A stretch of 64,000 nucleotides of DNA from Lingula anatina (taxonomy: Eukaryota; Animalia; Brachiopoda). Shown piece after piece: positions 11,317 to 24,019 of this stretch; within the stretch, counting starts at the first letter, position 1, and the number at the start of each line of letters is the position of its first letter. A model generated the notes under the pieces. It saw only the letters and a program-made list of their open reading frames with translations. It ran no database searches and was not told where the DNA came from. A program made the translations under genes and the position numbers. The stretch lies in contig CM120649.1 of assembly GCA_051362555.1 (NCBI GenBank), positions 3,720,001-3,784,000 of the forward strand, in the 5' to 3' direction.

Positions 11317-13471
11317 ATGAAGTTGGCCGCGCTGGTGCTGCTGGTTGCTGTTGGAATGACCTTCAATGGTCTGGGCACTGAGGCTCTCACACCAGACCAG
11401 ATCATCAAAACTCTGATGGGCGGTGCTCCTCCCTACTGGAAAGTGTGCTTTGCTATGGACAGCAGCGGCAGCATTAACAGCACTGAATGGAAAATGTCCA
11501 AATGGGCGGCACGGGTGAGATACACGTACACCGGACTTAGTCACTTGGCATTACACATTCCGATTTTTCATTTTCTTTCAAAAACAATTATAAATATTAA
11601 ATAATACACATGGATTTAGGCAGAAAGAATAGAAAATTATTATTCGTGTCTGAAAAATATTAAGGGATCAAAGCATTTCATTGTAAAACTGACAAAACAA
11701 AACGGTTTTGTTTTCGCCCCTGACGAGGCCTCAGGGCCGAAACGGCCGTAGGGCTTTTTTTAAAAATAAAATGGAGAGAGGAAGATAAGTTATTCACATT
11801 CTTGATTATACCAGCTCCCCACTGGCCGCCGCCATGGGTGGAGCACTTTTTCATGGTGTACTGACTTAAATTTACAAACATTTTTACGTATTTATTAAAG
11901 GGCTAATTCTACTCATTCTACATAGAGCGATCGAACTCCATTCGGACTCTCACTGAATACAAACAGATCGACATGTCAGTTCTCCTTGTTAAGTAGAATA
12001 CGCGATCATACGATTACTTTGGAAACGAGGAGGCATGGTAATCTTTGTAATCTGATTGCATTCAGCGAGAGTCACCGCGGAGTTGAATCGATAGTTTCAT
12101 TGAGAATAAGTCCCAAGACGTTATTGTAACGCGTAACAAAGTATTTGATTTTAATCCAAAGGATTATTGTTTCAGGACACCCTTGCCATCATCAATAACA
12201 CTCCCGGCCCGAATAGTATAGCACCTTGGAAACATAGGATTGCTCTGGTACGTTTCTCTACCTTGGCACAGCTGATCTATGGTCTGGGGACCCATCCGTT
12301 CTTCTCTGCCAATGATGCCGCTATTGCCGCGTTGTTTAAAAAAGGTAAAGTCGATGGATTGTTAATATCAATATATAACTTTATGGAATTCACACAGTCT
12401 GCTGGGTATTTATAACAAATACCCATATGTGCATACACGTGTTCATACAAAATTGAGTACACACATACGTACATAGACACACACACGCACGCACGTGCCT
12501 GCACAAACACAATAACTGTTATGCACATTTTGACATCGAACTACTTTATTTAAACCCATAGTAGAAGGGTTAAGCAAAGTTTTTACGTCAACATACTTCT
12601 TGAATGTATGATGGTATGTGATCCAATACTTGCCAAGACCGTCAAAAATTCATTTTAATAAACACGTTTAAAAGGAAGGCGCCACTCAAAGTTCATGCAT
12701 TTGTATATCATTCATATATTCACAGGTGGTATGACGCATATATACCATGCTTTGCTGAAGTGTAATGCTCAGCTTGGCTCCTCTGGCAAACGCCTAGTCT
12801 GGATGACCACTGACGGAAAACATAATAGATGGGGTGATCCTGTGGCCCTGGCAAAGTCCATGAAGAGGAAAGGTATGTACATCCGCTACATCAAAGTCAG
12901 AATACCGCAAATGAATAAAATTGTTTAACACATTTTTTTGTTTAGACAACAGAGCTTAATTCATGTTGGAAAGTTTTATTATCTATATTACTTTAGAAAA
13001 TTAATACTGGTTTTGTCAATAGCTACCAGTATAGAAAATAATTTGCCGAAATTTACTAGCCAATATTCTGTATGTTGACTGTCAGCATAAACTCTAACGG
13101 TCAGCAGACGAAATATTGGCTATAGTTAACCTTAGTTTACCTATTGACGTGATCAAACCTTTTTTGTTTCATTGAATTTCTAAAATGTATTCTTTTCCCT
13201 TTTTTCCTACTGATTACTGTACATAAGTTAAACTACTGTTTTTCTAATTTTAGGAATAAAAATTTGTATTGTTGCTATTGGCAACAGTGTTGACATGATC
13301 AAGATAAATGCCATGTCATCATGGATCGTAGTCAAGCCCTTCTACTGGCCTAAGAGGTGTGTTTTTAGGTATAAAACCTTTAAAGAGTTCATAATCGACA
13401 CGTTTTATGCCCGACGGAGAGTGTTACCATGGGAACCAGTTACCTTAAATCAGCGTCTTGCAAGTTTGTAA
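11317..13471 (+). CDS. Secreted VWA-domain protein, copy 2 (intact), 243 aa
   Basis: Exons 11317-11514, 12176-12344, 12726-12872, 13254-13471 splice in frame (732 nt). Signal peptide MKLAALVLLVAVG. Complete MIDAS set DSSGS / GGMT / TDG. Ends ...NQRLASL*. Confidence 0.9.
11716..11754 (+). ncRNA. Minimal type I hammerhead ribozyme (Penelope-like pLTR type)
   Basis: GCCC-CUGACGA-GGCC(UCAG)GGCC-GAAA-C(GGCC)G-UA^-GGGC. Stem I is 11716-19/11751-54, with the catalytic core CUGACGA and GAAA, a 4-bp stem II, a minimal stem III with palindromic GGCC loop, and a GUA cleavage site at 11750. Confidence 0.85.
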
Positions 13472-14975
13472 AGTTTATCTTCCTCCACTGTTTGCAACTA
13501 GTAATAGTAACAGTGCTAAAAAGCCAACAAATGCAAGATATTGCTCCCAGAGCAGCCGCCAGATTTGCGCACGTCCTGTCAGATTACACATGTACAACAT
13601 TGGTCAAAAATGTTGTCCCACCCCCATTTCCATGTACTTTTATTTACGAATGATCACCTCACCGCTGTGAACTGTTAGCAATAGTGCTTTTAATTACGGA
13701 TACCGTGTCTAACATGATTAATGGTTAAAAAATACAAAATAGTGGTGAAAATATACACATTTTATACCATTTATAAGAGGTACCCCCTCAAATCGACTGT
13801 TTCACTGTGACTTCTTCAGATGTAAAGAAAGGTCTATAAAATTGAAAAGACGCCATCAAATGTCACCAAATTCACACACAATTAGCATTAGGGTGTGCTC
13901 GTTAACGATCACGTGCCTAACAGCGTGTGCATCTGCCGCGTACTGCAATTATCTCCTGTAGACGGCGCGACAAGCCTTCAACATTGGTAACAATTCTGTT
14001 GACATGATGTTACATACTTTGATATTGTAAATTTAACATGTAGCAGCAGGCATGAAAAACATATACTCTATTGGTGTAAAATCGTTGCCTGGATATGGCT
14101 GTCCATTTCCAAACCCCGCACAGTATCTGACACAACGCGCGTCGCTATATTTTCCGCACGTTGTAATATTATTCAAAACAGTTCACTTGAAGCTATAGCA
14201 TACTCTGTAAAAAGGTATTTTCAACTGGTTTTTCTATAAAATCACCATTAACATGTACCTTATCGGCAAGCGCTTAAGATTTGTACAAAAAGCTTTCAGA
14301 CAAAATTTGAATATTACTCATATCATATGCAGGCACTCAGGTGTTTTCATAGGAAGAACGTTTGTACTGTTTAAGAAAACGACAGCACAAAGTCATTATA
14401 CATTTGAAAATCACAATGAATTATACGCATGGATTCCAGCTAAAACCAATTAAACAAGATTTATGGACCCCAAGGTCGAGAAAAACAAGTTATTTTTGAT
14501 ACACGATTTATGTTTAATTCAGGACTTTGTTACATAAGCATGTGCTTATCTAAGTGTTCTGTTAGCAGTACTTATTCTGTTAGCAGTGCACTTTTGGATA
14601 GTTCCAAAAATAAAATATCGCAACATCCAATTTGATGAAAAAATGGACATGAAAGAAGCTCAATTGTTCTTAAACAATTATTGTGATTATTAAAGGTAAC
14701 TTTTGATAAAGATAAAAATGCAGAAAAAACATCGCTTTTAATATTGCAAACACCTTATTTTATGATTGTTATGATAATGATTGTCTCTGAATCTGTCCTT
14801 ATGACACTGGCATTTAGTACTTCTCGAGATTTAGATTATGGAAACTCATTTTTTCTATGCAAACAATGGGAATAAACTATTTTCCATATGTTGATTTACT
14901 GTTTCTTCTTATTATGTATGTGTATTTGGAGGAGTGGCGGACTAACGAGTTTCAAGATTGACTGCATGGCATATG

Positions 14976-15242
14976 CAGTGGCGAATTTAGAGGGGGGTTG
15001 GGGGGGGGGTCCTGACCCCCTTCGAATTCTGAAAAAGAAAAAAAAACTCATAGTCCCTCTTGAAATTAGAATTTTGACTAGCTGAATCATACTTTTAAAC
15101 AGTACCAAATGACACCGTTCGTCCTCTGAAATGCCAAATATTTTTGGGGCCCGCTAAAGGACCCCTGGTCCCACGCCAAAGGGGGCGGGGTGTCAGCTTC
15201 AAATCCGCGACCCCTCTTCAAATAAACCTGGATCCGCCCCTA
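14976..15242. mobile_element. hAT-like MITE
   Basis: Termini cagtggcgaattta ... ctggatccgccccta and a G/C-run-rich interior. The TSD is not clean. Confidence 0.55.
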
Positions 15243-17291
15243 ATATGACGGCAGATAAGTAAAAAGAATAATTCCTAGTGCCTGCAAAACCCAAGTTAAA
15301 ACCTGGCCATGGATTCTGCGTCTGTCAGTATGAACCATTGGTTGGATAGGTGCTTCTTTAATTAGAAAAACATCAGCAGCTCTAATAATGATAATGTAAT
15401 AATAATGTAGTAATAACAATGATGATGGTAATGATTTTTTTTAAACAAGCTTCACAGGTTCGCGTTTCACGCACCAATAAATAGCCTATCTAAATGTTTC
15501 TTATAAGAGTGAAGGGATTGATTACAGTTCCGCATGCTTTCCTTTGACATATTTGACAGAAGTTAACCTGGAGTGTCATATACATACTGTGTGATATTAA
15601 CTGACCTGGGTTCAAGGTTTTTGTGAACATAACGGTAGTCTAGATACAAGTATTTTTTTCCACGAAAGATTTTTATTTGAAAATAACACCCAGTGTCTAC
15701 CAAAAAACGATTTGCCAGTACACGGAAATAAATATTTATTCATAAAAATGTCTGTAAGAGAAAAGGCAATCGAGTTTGTTTTGCGTAATACTTGTTAGGA
15801 TGCACGTCTCTCCTTAGAACGACCGATATAGCTACTCTTCTAAATTCTGAACGTGGACCAGTTGCCTGTCGTCAATGAAGAAGAGGTTAGCTGCAATGGT
15901 ACTTCTGGTTGTATTCTTTTTCTTAAATTCAATTAATTGCCACATAACAAGATGATACTCACACTTCATGACTGTCTAGCTTTTATTCAGTTAAACTTAC
16001 TAAATACCTTTTAATGTGCGATTAAAGGAATCGTAACCATTTGAATTCAAAATAAGAAACATTAATACATCTCTATTTATTAACCAACTTGTGCCAAGCA
16101 CTGTAAGGTGAAAGCTGCCACCAGGATCTCAAGGTCTCAGGTTGTACTGTTCTGTGAGGTGAAGCACGTTCCATGGGGTTGGTTTGATGTGTGTGTGTGT
16201 GTGTGTGGGGGGGGGGGGGCCTATGATATTAAATCCAAACACTGTCAAAATAAAGCCGTACATATTGCCATACCCCATACCAGATCCGACACAACACACG
16301 TCGGTTTATTTTACATACGTTGTAACATTATTAAAAACCAGTAAGCGGGAACCCAGAACAAATGTTCTCAACTGATTTTGCTATCCAACCAACATGTAGT
16401 ACCCTAGGTTCTATATTTAAGTATTGCCAGCTCGATCTTGATTTCATATGTAACCCATATCAGCAATACTTAAAGCTTCCACATGAACAGGCATGAATGT
16501 GAGCAAGCTAGCTATTGTGCCCTGACACTCAGGGCAACATGTAGCAAAAGCACGTGCGTTTAGAATTTACATACAGCCACGGGTTTTCACTGCAATAAAA
16601 TATTTTTGTCTTTTTAAGAAAACATTTATATATCACTATAAATAATACATGTATTTATGAGTTCTCGCTAAGACTCGTAATTGACAAACAAGTTTTTTGT
16701 CCTAAATTAAAATAAAACCACATATTTCCTGATGAATGTTTATGTTTAATTCAGGACACTGTAACATCAACATGTGCTTATCAGAGTGTTTACTGCAAAG
16801 TTTATTATTGCACCGCTCAGTGTTACCATCCAAATACTTCTTGAAAATTATGGCATCAGGATACATAACACCGGGTCCGCGTTTCGCACACCAGTTTTAA
16901 CTGGTTAAAATTGTCTATTTATGTATTTATTTAAAATAAACTTAAAAGTTTAAACCCAAACACTTTTCTAAGTCAACAGGAGCAGTGGCTTAAAGGAATA
17001 CCTAATGATTGTTTGGAACAAATTTTACAACATTGTATGCTACCAGCATTGCAATAGCCTAAGATTCCAGCCCTTTGACAAAAAAGTCACTTATGTAATT
17101 AACTCCCAGGGCCTAACAAAACGATTGGTCCATACAAGGAAATGAATTGTAATAAATGCAGCCAGTGTGAGTAAGTATAAATTAGCACTATTTGTATAAA
17201 TATCTGTTTGGAAGCCCGTCTCTATGAACACAACCGAGGAAGCCACACTTCTATCAACTGCACGTGGACCAAGTTCCTGCCGTCACCGAAG

Positions 17292-19378
17292 ATGAAGTTA
17301 GCCGCGCTAGTGCTGTTGGTTGTTGTTGGAATGGCCTTCAGTGGTCTGGGCACTGAGGCTCTCACAATCGACCAGATCATCAAAACTCTGATGGGCAGTC
17401 CTCCCTACTGGAAAGTTTGCTTTGCTTTGGACAGCAGCGACAGCATTAGCAGAACTGAATGGAAAATGTCCAAATGGGCGGCACGGGTGAGATACGTGTA
17501 CACTGGACTTAGTCATTTGCCATTAAACATTTTTTCCGATTGTTTTCTTTCAATACCAGTTATAAATTTTAAATAAAAACATAGATTTTGGCAACAAGCA
17601 TAAAAAATTATTATACGATTAATATTAGATAAATTTGCACGACAAAGTGTCTGAAAAATAATAAAGGGATCAAAGCATTTCATTGTAAAACTGACAGTGT
17701 AACAGTGTTAAGATTACTTGTAGACAAGCAAATGTTTATATTTTTTAGATTAAATTTACAGGTATCATTTACGTATTTATTAAAGACATAATTTTACTCA
17801 TTCTACGTAGAGCGATCAAACTCCATTCGGACTATCGCTGAATACAAACAGATCGACATGTCAGTTCTTGGTGTTAAGTAGAATACAGAAAAGTTCGCGA
17901 TGATACGTTTACTTTGGAAACGAGGAGGTGTGGTAATCTTTGTAATCTGATTGCATTCAGCGAGAGTCACCGCGGAGTTGAATCGATAGTTTCATTGAGA
18001 ATAAGTCCCAAGACGTTATTGTAACGCGTAACAAAGTATTTGATTTTAATCCAAAGGATTATTGTTTCAGGACACCCTTGCCATCATCAATAACACTCCC
18101 GGCCCGAATAGTATAGCACCTTGGAAACATAGGATTGCTCTGGTAGTCTTCTCTACCTGGGCAAAGGTCATTTTCGCCCTGGGGACTTACCCGTTCTACC
18201 CACAGAATGATGCAGCTATTGCCGCAGCGCCTAAAATAGGTAAGGTCGATGATTTGTTAATATCGCTATGCACGTAGCTCATAATATGAACAACAATTAC
18301 ACACAAATACCCACATGTACGTACATTCAAACATACGCACATACATGTATATATATACATAAACAAGCACACACACACACACACACACACACACGCAAGC
18401 ACAAACGCTGTTTCACATATTTTGACATCGAATTGCTGCATCAAGACCCAGAGTATTTACATCAACGTGCTTCCTGATGTTGATGATATACGCTTTCACG
18501 GTATGTGATCCAGTCCTTGCGAAAGCCATCTCAAAGAATTTCATTTTTATAAACACGTTCCGAAGAAAGGCGCAGTTCTATGGGTTCATACATTCCTATA
18601 TCATGCATTTTCACAGGTGGAATGACGAATATACACCATGCTTTGGTGAAGTGTAATGGTCAGCTTGGTTCCTCTGGCAAACGCCTAGTCTGGATGACCA
18701 CTGATGGACATCACAATATGTGGGGTAACCCGGTGGCCCAGGCGCAGTCCATGAAGAGGAAAGGTATGTACTTCCGCTATATCAAAGCCAGATTACAGCA
18801 AATGAACAAAACTGCTTAACATAATTTTTAGTTGAGACAACAGGGCTTCCTTCACGTTAGATAGTTCCATTAGCTATATTATTAAATAATTTTTTTGTCA
18901 ATAGCTACCAGTATAGAAAATGATTCGGCGATATTTATCAGTCAACACTCCGTATGTTGACAATCAGCATGAAGTCTAACGATCAGCGGACGAAATATTG
19001 GCTACAGTAAACCTTAGTTTATATTTTCCTTACATATTGACGAAATCACTCTTATTTGTTTCATTGAATTTCTAAAACGCGTTCTTTTCCATTTTTCTAC
19101 TAATTACTATATATACGGTAAGCTACTGTTTTTCCATTTTAGGGATAATAATTTGTATCGTTGCTATTGGCAACAATGTCAACATGAGAAGGATAAATGC
19201 CATGGCATCGTGGGTTGTAGTCAAGTACGTCTCTGGCGGTCGCATCTACTACAGGGCTCAGAAGTGTGTTTTTAGGTATAAAACCTATAGATCCCATATG
19301 ATTAGCACGTTTTATGCCCGAAAGAGAGTGATACCATGGGAAAGAATCAGCTTAAGTCTGCGTCTTGCAAGTTTGTAA
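17292..19378 (+). CDS. Secreted VWA-domain protein, copy 3 (intact), 248 aa
   Basis: Exons 17292-17486, 18071-18239, 18617-18763, 19143-19378 splice in frame (747 nt). Signal peptide, MIDAS DSSDS / GGMT / TDG, ends ...SLRLASL*. Confidence 0.9.
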
Positions 19379-22257
19379 AGTTTATCTTCCTCCACTGTTT
19401 GCAACTCTTCATTTGAAAATCATGATTTGAATATCTTGATTGCAGCCAGAATGGCTTCTCTGTCAATGGTTTTTTTACCAATGTACATTTGGATAGTTCA
19501 GAAAAAAACAACAACAAAATATGGCAAGATCCAATTTAATGAAAAAATGGACATGAATAAAGCTTTATTGTTCTTAAATAATAATTGTGATTATTAATAG
19601 ATAACTTTTAATAAAGATAAAAATACAGAAAAAATATCGCTTTTAATATTGCAAACACCTTATTTTATGAATAAAATTAGTAATAATAATGGGCGCTGAA
19701 TCTGTCCTTATGACACTGGCATTTGGTACTTTAAATTTAGATAATGGAAACTAATTTTGTCTATGCAATCAGTGGAAATAAACTATTTCAAAAGTTGATT
19801 TATTGTTTCTTTTCATTTATTAATTGGACTGCTTTTAAGTATGTATGTGTATTTGGAGGAGTGGAGGACTAACGAGTTTTACGGCTGACTGCATGCGTAT
19901 ATACCAGTCGATAAACAGAATAATTACTAGTAAAAACATAATAATTACTAGCTAAAACCTGGGCATGGATTCTGAATCCTTCAGTATGAAATATTGGTCG
20001 GATATGTGCTTCTTTAATTTAAAAAAAAAAAAAAACATCGGCAGCGCTAATAATGATAATGTAGTAATAATGTAGTTATAACAATGATGATGATTTTTTT
20101 CAAAAACAAGCTACACATTCGTCTCAGCACTATTGACATATAGAATTTTAAATTACAAAGATAAATAAAAAACTTGTGTATAAAATTAACAAAATTTAAA
20201 AGGGCATAAATCAAATCACGCAGCATTGAAATAAATACTGTTTTTGAAATATCTTAATACTATGATATGAGCCATTAAGGGAAATATTCGACATGTTAAT
20301 AAGATTATAGACCATAAAAGCGATGCTGCAGTTTCAAAACCATAATATGCATATGTTTCAAGAGTGTTATCTGCTGGTTTTAGCTATATAAGTTTGATTT
20401 GCCAACTAAATCTAGGTGTTCTAACGGGACTTGTTAGTTGTAAATTAAGGCAGAATGACCAGTCGTCCTTTAAAAATTTCAAAAGCCTTGAGCCGAATTT
20501 TATAAACTATCCTTTGAGATACAGGTAAACAACAAGGACCAAAAAGATCAGATTTGAGTGTTTTTTAACGCAGACATGGAGCAGAATTTAGAAATGACTG
20601 ATTTTTTTCATTTGATAGTAATGGTGCTCAAAAACCAACAACGTCGAGGTATTGCCCCCAGAGCAGCTGCCAGATATGATCCGTCCGTGCTGTCAGATTA
20701 TACATAAGGCTTGTAAGGCCAACATTTTGAACATATAATCAAAATTCATATGTTCTAATGACCACGACAAGTTGGATTTTTCAAATATTATTTTTTACAC
20801 GATTGTTTTGCTTGTTCTGAAAATCTCCCATTAAGCACAAGTTTACATCTTTGTAAGCTAAATAACTAAGATATATTAATTTTTATTTCGTCAATTTTGG
20901 AAAGTCCACTTTGCAGTTGTTATTGCAAGGTCATTTAAAATTACGTCTTGATTGTGAAATCAACTAGATCAACCAGAACCTAATGGAGTTGATTTTTTTT
21001 GGTCTTGTCTAATATAGAATAAAAGAAAAAATTCGCACTTTTTCATTCAATGACCACCTAAAAATAATACTCACACTCTGTCTAGCTTTTATTCAGTTGA
21101 ACTCTTTTGATGTGCGATTAATGGAATCGTAACCATTTGACTTTAAAATATAAAGAATAATATTTGATGATTCCCAGAAAACGGTATTAAGTAACCCAAC
21201 TTGCGCCAAGCACTGTGAGATGAAGGCTGTCAGGATCTCAAGGTCTCAGGTTGTGCTGTGAGGTGAAGCACGTTCCATTGGTTAGAATGATGTGTGTGTG
21301 TGTGTGTGGGGGGGGGAGGTGACATGATGTTACATACTATGATATTGTTAGTTTACCATGTAGCAGCAGGCAGGAAGATCGTATACTCTTTTGGTGTACA
21401 ATCGTTGCCAGAGTATGGCTGTCCATTTCCAAACCCTGAACCGTATCTGACACAACGCGCATCTCTATATTCTGCATACGTTGTAACATTATTGAAAACA
21501 GTTCACAAGAAGCTAAAGCTACGTATTTTCAACTGTTTTTTCTACGACCAGCATTTACAAGTACAATATGGGCAAGCGCTTAAGATTTGTATAAAAAGCT
21601 TTCAGAGAAAATTTGAGTATTACACATATCATATACAAGCACTTAGGTATATTCACTGGAAGAAAGTTTTGTACTGTTTAAGAAAACGACAGCACAAGTC
21701 ATTATACATTTAAAAATCACAATGAATTATATGCATGGATTCTAGCTAAGACCAATTAAACAAGTTTTATGGATCCTAAAGTAGAGAAAAACAAGCTATT
21801 TTTGATACACGATTATGTTTAATTCAGGACTTTATTACATAAGCATGTGGTTATCTGAGTGTTTTGTGTGCAAGGTAAAAAAAAATGAAGATAGAAATGA
21901 GATGGCTATAAACCAGAGGAGACGTTTTTACAATAACTACATGTAAATAACAACCCATAAAAAGATGAAGCTAATTGTCATTCATCATTTTATGTTAACA
22001 GGTGTTAACAGGGACAATGTCTTAAAGGAATACAAAAATAACTCATTAGTAAAAATAACATCCAGAGTCTGATAAAACGATTGGTCCATACAGGGAAATA
22101 AATCACAAGTAATGCTTAGTCTGTGTAGGTGCAAATTAGGGACCATTCCCAGACCCCATCGGACTAACTGTAGATCGATCTATCTCCAAGAGGATTTGAG
22201 CTATATTGCAATCAACTTAAGCGGCTTTAGGGTTAGTTGGGGTATTGGGGTCAGTAA

Positions 22258-22480
22258 AGCCCCCTTTACACTGTACGGCGTCCTTTCTGCGTCCCGCAGT
22301 ACGCCCCCGATTAAGAATGAAATGAAGTATATTATATCACGTGCCGACTGCTGGCCGTTCCTGAGCATTCATTCTGCAACCAGAGAGATACTTGTGCCTC
22401 CTTTCTACGACCACAGCGATGCCAGTTTCATAGTCGCACAGAGAACGCAGAAAGGACGCACATCCAGTGTAAAGGGGCCT
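22258..22480. mobile_element. PIF/Harbinger-type MITE nested in another element
   Basis: TIRs AGCCCCCTTTACACTG / CAGTGTAAAGGGGCCT, subterminal cgtcctttctgcgt / acgcagaaaggacg, and TAA on both sides (22255-57, 22481-83). Confidence 0.8.
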
Positions 22481-22743
22481 TAATATGGGACGAATGTCAC
22501 TTGTACAAAGTAATAGGAGGCGGACTGCGGTTCCTAGAGGACTTCCATTCCTGTAACACTGGTACATGTACGCTGCACTACACTACCACAACTTCAAGGC
22601 GATATTGCCTGTCCCCTTAAACGAATGCTGTCCATTAAAGAAAAGCAAACTGGGAAAACAGAAATTAATTTATCTGTAAGTAATTTTGTACTTTATCTAG
22701 TTTATCACTGCATATAAGGAAAACAACCGCGTTCCTTTTTCAG

Positions 22744-22907
22744 GAACTACCATCTGTATTGTTGCTGTTGGCGACGACGCCAACATGGATGTGATCAACG
22801 GCATGGCGTCCTGGGTCAGAGTCCCTCCCTTTTTCTTCGGGAAATGTGTCCTTAGATACAGTACCTACGCCGATTACAGGGCTGCCACGTACGCTGCCCG
22901 CCGTTGA
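22744..22907 (+). pseudogene. Orphan exon 4 of a fourth VWA paralog (open frame, intact acceptor)
   Basis: After ttttttcag, phase-1 translation is (G)TTICIVAVGDDANMDVINGMASWVRVPPFFFGKCVLRYSTYADYRAATYAARR*, which aligns to exon 4 of copies 1-3. A homologous 3' flank is at 23180-23330. Exons 1-3 were not found upstream. Confidence 0.8.
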
Positions 22908-23772
22908 TTGCCACCATCTTAGCATCACTCCTTGGGCTAGCCTGTTCCCTAAACCTGCAGATAGGAGTCTACAGTCTACAAGCGGATCTTCTAAGTTAAT
23001 TCCCGTTAACTCTTGACATCTACGTATAAAATCCTGTGAATATACGTATCTTTACTTAATTTATTACTGAAATTCTACATCGTGGCGAAACAAGGTATTT
23101 GGCGCCATCACTTAAAATTTGACTAAAAATACTTCTCTGCTGATTATTCATGCAGACGTCTTTAAAGGTACTAATACATGATTGCAAACACCTTATTTTT
23201 GAGAAGAAAAATGTGCACCTTCAGTAGTTGCTTATGACACCTCAATTTGGTACTTCTCTATATCTAGATATAAAACTACTATTCTGTGCAATTAGCGTAA
23301 ATAACTTAGATTAGCCGCTATTTTACTGTCTCTTTTTGTTTATTATTTTGTTTATTTGTTTTGAATGATGGCAAATCCAAGTGGGTCCTGGCGGAACATG
23401 TGCCCCACCCCCTCATTTAGCTTCGAAGAACCCCATTTTTCTGCTCCAGAAAATTGACTGAATAAATACATAAATAAAACAGGCGAATCGAAGAAAAGCA
23501 ATCGAGTCTCAACAACCGTAATTAAAACTCAAAAAACGCAAAATTTTCCTAGAAGCGTGTATTATCTTATCCATCCCTGTATTTTTATTCATATTGCAGT
23601 AAATTGTCTTGGTCAACTATATCATAAAGTGTATTAAATGAATACTATTAAAGAAGAAAGAAATAAACAGATCAAAATTTAAAAAAATTGTCGTTGCTTC
23701 CCCATCTCAAAACCTTTGTCCCACCAGAGGCTTTTAAAATTCTTATTAAATCAAAATTTGCCTTTACTGGAT

Positions 23773-23803
<31 letters not shown>

Positions 23804-23927
23804 GGCATATTTTTTTAAATTGATTTATATATTTCTTTAGACACGTGTTGATAAAGACTGGAACCATTTCTGCAATAGCTACTTTGTGAAATATACGGAA
23901 ATTATTCACTCACTTTTTCTTAAATGG

Positions 23928-23979
23928 AAAAAATATGGAACGCTTCACGAATGTGCGTGTCATCCTTGCGCCAGGGGCC

Positions 23980-24019
<40 letters not shown>

